From the IMG/VR virus record IMGVR_UViG_3300011113_000500, positions 4,396 to 68,395 of that record: 64,000 nt of DNA. One strand, 5' to 3'. Shown here one piece after another: positions 18,469 through 25,659 of this stretch (within the stretch, counting starts at the first letter, position 1; each line of letters opens with the position of its first letter). The notes under the pieces are model-generated. The model had not been told where the DNA came from and searched no databases. It saw only the letters and a program-made list of their open reading frames with translations. The position numbers and the translations under genes are program-made. Origin of the DNA: a virus.

Positions 18469-19020
18469 TTAGTCCCACCAACCTCTAATACCTGATCCGT
18501 CAAATTGATCCAGGAACTCGGACTTCTTACTGAACTTGCTATAGTCTTGTCCTTTGATTAGATGAATAAGCTCTTCCCAGCCTTTCGTTTGTATCTCACG
18601 AGCTCTCTTTAGGATCACATCATTATGTTTATCTTCTTCATCTGTCGTACTGGGTATCATAAGATACAACTCAGGATTGTCTTCTGTTTGCTGGAATGTA
18701 AAGTCTCTGTAAATGAACTCCATGCCTAACTCCTTCTCCGCTTCTTCGATAAAGGTTTCGTTATTAAACATATCAAGCAAATATACTAATCGTTTCATGG
18801 CTTCTACTTTCTTTTCTTTAGATATCCATTCTTCGATACCTCGTTCTTCTACATTAGTATGTATGTCTTTTATAGCAGCAGACATAAAATCAAACACTCC
18901 GTGATGTCCACTATACCAACGATAGCTCCATAAGGCTTTACGGAATATCCAAAGTGATCTGAAAAAACTAGGAATATCATATCTTAACACTTCCCAGTAA
19001 CGTTGTAACCTGTATCTCAT
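18469..19020 (-). CDS. Hypothetical protein
   Basis: 183 aa ORF ending GWWD. Confidence 0.7.
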   Translation of the reverse strand: MRYRLQRYWEVLRYDIPSFFRSLWIFRKALWSYRWYSGHHGVFDFMSAAIKDIHTNVEERGIEEWISKEKKVEAMKRLVYLLDMFNNETFIEEAEKELGMEFIYRDFTFQQTEDNPELYLMIPSTTDEEDKHNDVILKRAREIQTKGWEELIHLIKGQDYSKFSKKSEFLDQFDGSGIRGWWD

Positions 19021-19205
19021 CTACGTTTCTTTTTAGGTGAACACTTATGTTGCAATTGATTATAGTTATGTTTATTAACGCGTTGCGTTGACTTATGCAT
19101 TTGATTGCCAGTCTTGCGATGCTTGTTATAATTATAACCATGTTGTTGTGATGCACATGATACCAATATCACAGATGCAATCAAGAAGTAAATTAATTTT
19201 TTCAT
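19017..19205 (-). CDS. Small basic putative lipoprotein
   Basis: Lipobox LVSC. Confidence 0.55.
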   Translation of the reverse strand: MKKLIYFLIASVILVSCASQQHGYNYNKHRKTGNQMHKSTQRVNKHNYNQLQHKCSPKKKRR

Positions 19206-19496
19206 TCTTCGTTGTACTTATATTTTTCGCGTTTATATTGTTTACCGCTAGGTTTAGCTTTTTGAATCATCTTTCTACGTATGATTTGAGCTACATGCCT
19301 CGGACGTAATCCGTTGATTAATTGTTCGTCATCTGTTTTCATAGTCATCTCGGTTTACTATTAAATAATGTCCGCGATAATAACCACACACTTCTCTGAG
19401 ATACGTACGTTCCGTACGCCATTGAGACCAATCGAAATCAACTTCGTGCCATGTATCATCATTCGGAAATCTAACTCTTGCTTTCATCATTTATAA

Positions 19497-20012
19497 TTAT
19501 CCTTTTTCTACCCAACGGCATTCGTAATTAGGAAGTACTGCCTTCTTTGCATATGTGTCAATGCAAGGTTTACCGGTATGGTATTTTCCTGCTGCCTTCT
19601 TCCAACATTTAGTCTTTTTATAATTTTCAGACATTATCTTCATGGAAATGTATACATTCAATTCTATACTATCACGCAATGCTTGCTTTGTTACTTTGAA
19701 CCCAGCATAATGCGATGCATATTGTGGCATAATCTGCATAGGACCTACAGCACCGCATCGTGAAGTCTTTCTATGATCGTACAAGCTATCACTAGGCCCT
19801 CGATATGTTGTTTCTAAATAGGCAATATTGAAGGCAACATGTAATGGTATATCAAAGGAATCCGCATATAACACTATGGCATTATACATTCTCTCTGCAT
19901 TGGTTAATGGTGCCGGTTGAATTGGTTCTGGCTCTTCATTATACTTACCAAACATTACTAATGATACCGAAATTAGCAGGCATACTGCTATAAAGTACAT
20001 AACTTTTTTCAT
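19497..20012 (-). CDS. Membrane-anchored lytic transglycosylase (SLT-like)
   Basis: Catalytic ET (AYLETT), GAVGPMQIMP, KYHTG; N-terminal TM. Confidence 0.8.
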   Translation of the reverse strand: MKKVMYFIAVCLLISVSLVMFGKYNEEPEPIQPAPLTNAERMYNAIVLYADSFDIPLHVAFNIAYLETTYRGPSDSLYDHRKTSRCGAVGPMQIMPQYASHYAGFKVTKQALRDSIELNVYISMKIMSENYKKTKCWKKAAGKYHTGKPCIDTYAKKAVLPNYECRWVEKG

Positions 20013-20024
20013 AAGCTTTAATTA

Positions 20025-20109
20025 TAATTTTCATAAAGATAAGTACATTTTTTCAAAAATCCTAAGGAAATGTTAAAAAAGTTGTAAGTCATTGAAAATC
20101 AATGGATTA
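20025..20109 (-). promoter_or_regulatory. Promoter module plus one 25-bp palindrome (20085-20109)
   Basis: CTTAGGATTTTTGAAAAAATGTACTTATCTTTATG on the minus strand. Confidence 0.7.
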
Positions 20110-20113
20110 ACGT

Positions 20114-20139
20114 AAAAAAGGGGCTTTGACACCCCTTTT
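20114..20139 (-). terminator. Rho-independent terminator closing the tRNA/ncRNA transcript
   Basis: Minus strand AAAAGGGG-TGTCAAAG-CCCCTTTTTT. Confidence 0.75.
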
Positions 20140-20164
20140 CTCTGTAGACGTTCCATGTTTAATG

Positions 20165-20548
20165 TTATCCGTTAATTAGTTCTTTCTTTAATTTCTTATC
20201 TGAAAAATAAGTATCGATCAGTTTGTCAACACGCTTATCCGTGTATGACGTGCTTTGTGTAACTGCATCTGTGATTTGTCCGTTTATCTTTAAATCCATC
20301 TCACGCTGCAAATCAGTTACATGTCCATAAGCATGACGCTCCATGTTATCCATTCTACGATCTAAGTCTTCACGAAAACGATGAATACTGTCCCACGTGT
20401 TACGATCCGATGAGTGTATCATCTCTTCTTGCTGTTTAACTGCTCTTAACAATTTGCTAATCTTAACTACACCCCAAACGATTGTTGCTATTGCTATAGC
20501 TCCAACTATCGAGAGCATACCTAAAACAAAATACATTGTTGTTTCCAT
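20165..20548 (-). CDS. Single-TM coiled-coil protein at the end of the tRNA operon
   Basis: 127 aa ORF with hydrophobic N-terminus. Confidence 0.65.
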   Translation of the reverse strand: METTMYFVLGMLSIVGAIAIATIVWGVVKISKLLRAVKQQEEMIHSSDRNTWDSIHRFREDLDRRMDNMERHAYGHVTDLQREMDLKINGQITDAVTQSTSYTDKRVDKLIDTYFSDKKLKKELING

Positions 20549-20587
20549 AATTTATCTCCTTTTATATTTCAAAGAACGTCTACATTG

Positions 20588-20661
20588 TGCGCCCTCCTGG
20601 GATCGAACCAGGCACCTACTGATTATGAGTCAGTTGCTCTAACCGAATGAGCTAAGGGCGC
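20588..20661 (-). tRNA. tRNA with CAT anticodon, probably Ile2 (lysidine type)
   Basis: GCGCCCT/AGGGCGC acceptor; ACTGA-CTCATAA-TCAGT anticodon arm; GGTTCGATCCC T arm; no encoded CCA. Confidence 0.9.
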
Positions 20662-20772
20662 TTGCAGCGTAGTGGGGCTGCAGACCCCTGAGGCTACTAC
20701 GCATTTTATCCTCTTTAGCAAAAGCCATACTCTGGGACGCTGTTCTTATGGGTAGCGTAGCATGTACTTTAG

Positions 20773-20877
20773 TAGTCAGGACAGGATTCGAACCTGTATG
20801 ATGGGTTTTTCGAGAACTTCGTTGTACTTCCTATCCACATCTACTCGATATAGCGTCTACCATTCCGCCACCTGACT
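20773..20877 (-). ncRNA. tRNA-like element 1 (no canonical anticodon loop)
   Basis: AGTCAGG/CCTGACT acceptor, GCGGAATGGTAGACGC D arm, ACAGGTTCGAATCCTGT T arm; TCGAG/CTCGA stem closes a ~29-nt loop. Confidence 0.7.
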
Positions 20878-20933
20878 GTATGTGGGCTACCCTCCTTTCG
20901 TCGCAACCGCCCACCCGTTGTGATTTCAGATTG

Positions 20934-21008
20934 TAGTCAGGACAGGATTCGAACCTATGCTTTCTCATACTATATGAGCGGGCCATTACCAAATTTCGCC
21001 ACCTGACT
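20934..21008 (-). ncRNA. tRNA-like element 2 (aberrant anticodon arm CTCATA-TAG-TATGAG)
   Basis: Same acceptor and near-identical T arm as element 1, with an unrelated middle. Confidence 0.65.
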
Positions 21009-21093
21009 ATTTTGAGGATGAGAAGTCCTCTGTGTTGTGTCATAACTGGATGACCTACCAACTAATTCCTTTCTCAAGGGAACAACACATATG

Positions 21094-21165
21094 TAGTCGG
21101 TAGGGGATTCGAACCCCTATGACAAGAATGAAAATCTTGTATCCTAACCCTTAGATGAACCGACC
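21094..21165 (-). tRNA. tRNA-Glu (TTC)
   Basis: GGTCGGT/ACCGACT acceptor; CAAGA-TTTTCAT-TCTTG; AGGGGTTCGAATCCCCT. Confidence 0.9.
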
Positions 21166-21396
21166 AAGATTAGTATTTACTTTTTTCTTGCCAGCCTTCT
21201 TAACAGCTTTCTGTTTAACTGGTTTAGGTTTCTTTTCTTTCTTAAGTTTTCGATTAGTCATGGATTCTAATACTCCTGGAGCGTATTCAATCTCTGTCTT
21301 GATCGGGCCGTTCTTAAATTTATTAAGATCATAGTACCATATACTAGTGCTAAATTCAGACGTATATGTACGTGTAAACTTTGTTTTGCCTTCCAT
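21151..21396 (-). CDS. Small Lys-rich protein
   Basis: 81 aa ORF; its last codons overlap the 5' end of tRNA-Glu. Confidence 0.55.
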   Translation of the reverse strand: MEGKTKFTRTYTSEFSTSIWYYDLNKFKNGPIKTEIEYAPGVLESMTNRKLKKEKKPKPVKQKAVKKAGKKKVNTNLGRFI

Positions 21397-21409
21397 AACT
21401 CAAAATTAG

Positions 21410-21482
21410 TAGCGGGGGATGGATTCGAACCACCGGCCTTTAGGTTATGAGCCTAACGAGCTACCAACTGCTCTACCCCACA
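21410..21482 (-). tRNA. tRNA-Met (CAT), initiator-like
   Basis: TGTGGGGTAGAGCAGTTGGTAGCTCG TTAGG-CTCATAA-CCTAA ... GGTTCGAATCC; unpaired 1:72. Confidence 0.85.
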
Positions 21483-21491
21483 ATATAAAAA

Positions 21492-22388
21492 TGCCTGAGA
21501 CTACAGCATATGTACTAGGTCTTTTGTCGGATTATGTATTCCCTTCTTGTCCACCAACTTTTGATTGGTATCCTAGCAATGCCGGTTATTTAAGTGAACC
21601 ACTCTTTGAGCTACATGTTTTGGACTACTCTCGTCGTACTCTATCTGTTCAACCCTGCCGAGCTGATTCATCCTTGCGGGACTACAAACTTTTCAAACGA
21701 ATCACCTTAGGCTTGCGACCTTCGATGGCAATGAACAACTCATTACTAGGTAGGCATCTTTCGTCCGTAGCTGGTAAGCACTTATGCTTTGTTAATTATT
21801 AGTTTTGCTGATAATAGTGCAAAGTGTATTAGTTGCAGATTCGGAAAGTAGTGGCTTACCATTAAGCTAACCCATCTTTTGAACGAGTCAATACTCAACT
21901 ACTCTCTGAAGTGTCCCCACTTCCATACTTCAAGAATTCTACGTAAATAAACTTTGGTAAGTCTATCTCCGGTGCAGTAACAGCACCACCTGTACACTGA
22001 CATTGCCTTTCGGCTTTAAGATCCCTCTTGTATTGGAACTCGCAATGATATACTCGGATAAGCATACTTCTTGCAGAATATTCGTTCCTATAGGTTATTC
22101 TTATTGCTCTTCCGAACTCAACCAAATGACCTGCATCACCTGGTCATCAATTCACTTCCCTTACAGTGTCACCCTCAGGTACAAAGAATTGATGATATCC
22201 TACTTGCCTACTCAAGCTCGCAACAACCGAAGCTATTACAAACCGCAAACCACATTAACTAAGGTGATTCACTTTATCCTGGTTTCCCAGTTTATTTAAC
22301 GACCATAGGCGGCCGATTATCATTTATCAGATTAAATGTCTCATAATCAACCCGAAGGTCTCATAATCAACTACTGAATGGATAATAA
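21492..22388 (-). ncRNA. Large structured ncRNA, GOLLD-like (~900 nt; ends approximate)
   Basis: No credible ORF; many UUCG/GNRA hairpins on the minus strand (GACC-TTCG-GGTT, CTGG-GAAA-CCAG, GCC-GAAA-GGC, GGTC-GCAA-GCC); own promoter; lies among phage tRNAs. Confidence 0.65.
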
Positions 22389-22390
22389 TA

Positions 22391-22403
22391 TTTTCAAAGA
22401 ACT
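22391..22403 (-). promoter_or_regulatory. boxA-like antitermination element
   Basis: AGTTCTTTGAAAA between promoter and ncRNA; a second copy GTTCTTTGAAA at 20567-20577. Confidence 0.55.
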
Positions 22404-22417
22404 TTCTATCTTCTAAC

Positions 22418-22480
22418 TTATACCTAAATATAAGTACGATATTTCAATTTTCCTAATCTTTTTGAAACTTTTTTTCAAAA
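22418..22480 (-). promoter_or_regulatory. Promoter for the ncRNA/tRNA operon
   Basis: ATTAGGAAAATTGAAATATCGTACTTATATTTAG, same family as the other modules. Confidence 0.65.
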
Positions 22481-22491
22481 ATGTTTTTTCG

Positions 22492-22577
22492 TACCCGGAG
22501 TGGGACTTGAACCCACACGAGCATTACTGCTCATCAGATTTTAAGTCTGACATGACTACCAATTCCATCACCCGGCC
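22492..22577 (-). tRNA. tRNA-Leu (TAA), 5' end supplied by the HNH insertion
   Basis: TCAGA-CTTAAAA-TCTGA; long variable arm GAGCAGTAATGCTC; GTGGGTTCAAGTCCCAC; acceptor has a G2:G71 mismatch. Confidence 0.85.
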
Positions 22578-23002
22578 ATTCTTTTTGCTTTTAAGGCATG
22601 TGATATCTTTTTTTTATGTTCGTCACTTTTAAATTTACCTTTATTACCTCTCCCGCCAGCGGACTTATCACCGCTACCATTACGGCGACATGCTTCTGCA
22701 TAGCCATATTTTTCAATCGAACGTTCCCATACACTTTTCCATGTACCATTCTCTTTCGAATCATTTACATTCTCTTTAGGAGTACCAAAATATAAATGTT
22801 TTGGATTCGAACATTTCGCATTATTACATTTATGACATAGTAAAATTTTATGTCCAGATGGTATTGTTGTTTTTAAAAACTCTGCTAATAATCCTTTGAA
22901 GTTAGTAGAGTTACCTCCTCGTTCAATACACGCATCAGACATATCTAAATGAAGCTGTCTGTCAGATACCGGCAATTCAATGTAAAGTTTAATATCGATC
23001 AT
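22568..23002 (-). CDS. HNH homing endonuclease
   Basis: LLCHKCNNAKCSNPKHLYFGTPKENVND; C-terminal NUMOD3-like KSDEHKKKISHALK; probable ATG at 23002. Confidence 0.85.
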   Translation of the reverse strand: MIDIKLYIELPVSDRQLHLDMSDACIERGGNSTNFKGLLAEFLKTTIPSGHKILLCHKCNNAKCSNPKHLYFGTPKENVNDSKENGTWKSVWERSIEKYGYAEACRRNGSGDKSAGGRGNKGKFKSDEHKKKISHALKAKRMAG

Positions 23003-23044
23003 ATATTCCTTTAAAATAAATATACACATTGAGCCGATTCTATA

Positions 23045-23073
23045 TGCGTGTCTACCGATTCCACCATCCGGGC
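23045..23073 (-). pseudogene. Orphaned original 5' fragment of tRNA-Leu
   Basis: GCCCGGATGGTGGAATCGGTAGACACG; GCCCGGA pairs fully with TCCGGGT at 22493-22499. Confidence 0.75.
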
Positions 23074-23204
23074 ATTGTTAACTAAATAACCAAGCCACAA
23101 ACCTAAACACACTGGCAACTGCCCATAAAGCAATAACACTTATTGCAAATACTGCAGCCACTGTCGTAAATACATCTACCGGATCTTTTTTCATATATTT
23201 CTTA

Positions 23205-23301
23205 TTAACAATCATAAAGATAAGTACATTTTTTCAAATAGGCAAAGCTTTTTGTAACTTTTTTTCAAAAAAGTTGTAACTCATTGATTATCAAAAGTTT
23301 A
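23205..23301 (-). promoter_or_regulatory. Promoter module plus one 25-bp palindrome (23277-23301)
   Basis: taggcaaagctttttgtaactttttttca shared with 1730-1758. Confidence 0.7.
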
Positions 23302-23818
23302 TATGATGACGCCCTTTAGCACCAAATGGATTACCTACCTGTAGATAATAACAATTGAAGCAAAGCATACGTAAATTCTCCCGTACATGATCATTACGAT
23401 CGCCGTTTAAATGATCCAATAGCAATGGAACGGTATAATCGGTTATTCGTCTTTCTTCAAAACCACAGCAATCACACTTTTCTTCAAACTCGCCAGACCT
23501 TAACAAGCGTTCTTTAAGTTTGTATCGATTGTATCCATAATGTTTACCTTCCAGAATAGCTTTGATACTATACGGTCCAGTCAATTTAACTGGCATTGGT
23601 TTTGGAATACCTTTACCAAACGGATTCTTATGTAGGTCAAACAATGTTTTGCCTGTAGCCGGATCGATATACATTTTAGCATACTTCTTGTATACATCAT
23701 ATGATACCTTAAGGAATCTCGCAGCTCCTTTACATGACTTAGAGTTTTCCATTGCATAACGGATCTCTGTCTCTGTTAAGTTGTAAGGTTGTCTTCCTTG
23801 TCCTTTCGCGAATGGCAT
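23291..23818 (-). CDS. HNH endonuclease-domain protein with N-terminal HTH-like region
   Basis: CDCCG...LLDHLNGDRNDHVRENLRMLCFNC. Confidence 0.8.
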   Translation of the reverse strand: MPFAKGQGRQPYNLTETEIRYAMENSKSCKGAARFLKVSYDVYKKYAKMYIDPATGKTLFDLHKNPFGKGIPKPMPVKLTGPYSIKAILEGKHYGYNRYKLKERLLRSGEFEEKCDCCGFEERRITDYTVPLLLDHLNGDRNDHVRENLRMLCFNCYYLQVGNPFGAKGRHHINF

Positions 23819-23826
23819 AGTCTATG

Positions 23827-24183
23827 TTATAAATGTTCTACTTCAACTTCCGCGCCGTTTTCATTGTCTTCAAACACCGATACATATGTACATTCAAAAT
23901 GTTCTAACAATTCACGCGCAATCATTTCACAACTCATTGCTCCGAATACATGGCTACGATCTGATATACTATAATACTTATCGTGCAGATATTCTATTAC
24001 ATCACGTTTAAACATAATGAATTCAATATCACGGTCATCGTGGTATACTGCTTTCTTAAGTGTTATATGGAACATGTGCCTATGTAAATCTGATAGGAAT
24101 GCTACTTCTGGAAAAATATCTTTTGCAGCAGGCCAACAATGTAACCCATCTACTTGTAGTTTAACTATAACATTTGTTTTCAT
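23827..24183 (-). CDS. dpdL: QueD-like T-fold protein, probable DpdL-type CDG decarboxylase
   Basis: GLHCW, LSDLHRHMF (LxxxHRHxF), HDDRDIEF, SCEMIA, VFEDNENGA. Confidence 0.65.
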   Translation of the reverse strand: MKTNVIVKLQVDGLHCWPAAKDIFPEVAFLSDLHRHMFHITLKKAVYHDDRDIEFIMFKRDVIEYLHDKYYSISDRSHVFGAMSCEMIARELLEHFECTYVSVFEDNENGAEVEVEHL

Positions 24184-24307
24184 TAGAATAAATCATTTAA
24201 GTGTTCTGGACATTCATCTATAATATAATTCTTTATAAACATTGTCCATTTAGTTCGTAACCAATTAATCATGATTAAATATAATTACTAATTCTCAGAA
24301 ATCCAAA

Positions 24308-24598
24308 TTATTTTTTAACTTCTAACGTAACCGTTAGTCCTGCTTTTGATAACATAGAGTAGATCATGAACGATTCATTTTGGCCTCCATGGTATACAGA
24401 TGCCGACCCATTCTCATGTACTAGATTAGCCAATTGTACTGCACGTAACGTATTACACATAGGTAATGATGTTGTAAATGTTTTAATCACATGATCAAAC
24501 GAATTCACACTATCATTATGTACTATCAATACACAATGCCTACGTTTCTTACGTCCTTTACTTTTCGAAGTGCTCAACTTTAACGACCTTGTCACCAT
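24308..24598 (-). CDS. clpS: ClpS-like protease adaptor
   Basis: LIVHNDSVNSFDHVI...AVQLANLVHENGSASV...GLTV. Confidence 0.75.
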   Translation of the reverse strand: MVTRSLKLSTSKSKGRKKRRHCVLIVHNDSVNSFDHVIKTFTTSLPMCNTLRAVQLANLVHENGSASVYHGGQNESFMIYSMLSKAGLTVTLEVKK

Positions 24599-24770
24599 AC
24601 TTTGCTATTAAATATCTTGTTGCCTTTGTCCTATCCTCATTACCGTACGCTGTTATAGCTTCTACTACACTCCTATAATCGTCGATTATATACACTTCAT
24701 ATACATTCTGCGTATCAGTTAGGGTTATTTCGCATTGATCTACGACCTGGCTTAGTATTTTCCAATTCAT
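24558..24770 (-). CDS. Hypothetical protein
   Basis: 70 aa ORF. Confidence 0.55.
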   Translation of the reverse strand: MNWKILSQVVDQCEITLTDTQNVYEVYIIDDYRSVVEAITAYGNEDRTKATRYLIAKYGDKVVKVEHFEK

Positions 24771-24948
24771 CTATTGCCTTTTGTATTAACGTACACTTTT
24801 CAAATTCATCTCGTCCTGCGTAATAATCTAACAATTTTGATAGCAAAAACTTTTTCTTTTCTTTATCAAAATACTCTGGCCAGACACCTGCACCAATTAT
24901 TATACTATATACTTCTTCGACGGTTAGTTCTAAATAATTATCACTCAT
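24715..24948 (-). CDS. UVR-like coiled-coil motif protein
   Basis: RDEFEKCTLIQKAIDEL resembles the UvrB/C motif EdFEkAa.lrd.i. Confidence 0.5.
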   Translation of the reverse strand: MSDNYLELTVEEVYSIIIGAGVWPEYFDKEKKKFLLSKLLDYYAGRDEFEKCTLIQKAIDELENTKPGRRSMRNNPN

Positions 24949-24984
24949 ACCGTTAATATAATAACATTATTTCAAAGAAACAAA

Positions 24985-25656
24985 TCAATAAGATACAGTA
25001 CCAACTGCTTTTTGTAAACGTGTTTGTGCAGATTCAAAACAAACTATTTTAAAGAAATCGTTAACATACTTTGCACGATCGTTTTTATACTTCAAGTAAT
25101 AAGAATGTTCCCATAGATCCAATCCGATAAGTATATCACCTGGAATGTTTACTATGTTCATATATGGGTTGTCTTGATTGGGAGTAGTTGCAAAATATAA
25201 TTGTCCATTATGATGCATTAACCAACACCAGCCAGATCCAAAATGCTTTGATGCAGCTTCAATAAAGGCTTCTTTGAATTTATCAAACGATCCAAACTGC
25301 TTATTGATCATTGTCAATAGAAGACCATCTTCGATCTTACCCTTACGTTCTGGGTTAAGACCGTTAAAATATATTGTATGGTTGAAATACCCACCCATAT
25401 TGTTTCGGAATGTATCACTATATGATCCTACTTTAGATAATAAAACACGTTCAACGTCGTCACCATAGGTTACTGGAATAGCTTCTTTCTTTATAGCTTC
25501 GTTAGCCTTTTCTATGTATCCCATATAATGTTTAGTGTAATGGGTCTTCATAGTTTCTTCATCGAATGGAGAATACTCACTGTACTTGAATGCTAACTTT
25601 ACCGGAGTTAGTTCAAATTGTTCTGCTTCACGTAATAATGATTTTAATGATATCAT
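24985..25656 (-). CDS. sodA: Fe/Mn superoxide dismutase with extra N-terminal leader
   Basis: HYTKH, GGYFNH, FGSGWCWL, NQDNP, DLWEHSYY. Confidence 0.92.
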   Translation of the reverse strand: MISLKSLLREAEQFELTPVKLAFKYSEYSPFDEETMKTHYTKHYMGYIEKANEAIKKEAIPVTYGDDVERVLLSKVGSYSDTFRNNMGGYFNHTIYFNGLNPERKGKIEDGLLLTMINKQFGSFDKFKEAFIEAASKHFGSGWCWLMHHNGQLYFATTPNQDNPYMNIVNIPGDILIGLDLWEHSYYLKYKNDRAKYVNDFFKIVCFESAQTRLQKAVGTVSY

Positions 25657-25659
25657 GAC

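Noticed and set aside
20831-22299. ORFs at 20831-21061, 21419-21802, 21895-22125 and 22003-22299
   Set aside because: They overlap tRNAs, tRNA mimics or the large structured RNA, and have no protein-like features.
21492-22388. rRNA, tmRNA or RNase P RNA
   Set aside because: I recognised no conserved rRNA, tmRNA-end or RNase P P4 signatures, and the length does not fit.
22578-23044. Group I intron in tRNA-Leu
   Set aside because: The insert is almost entirely the HNH ORF, leaving no room for a ribozyme core, and the tRNA 5' part is duplicated rather than simply interrupted.
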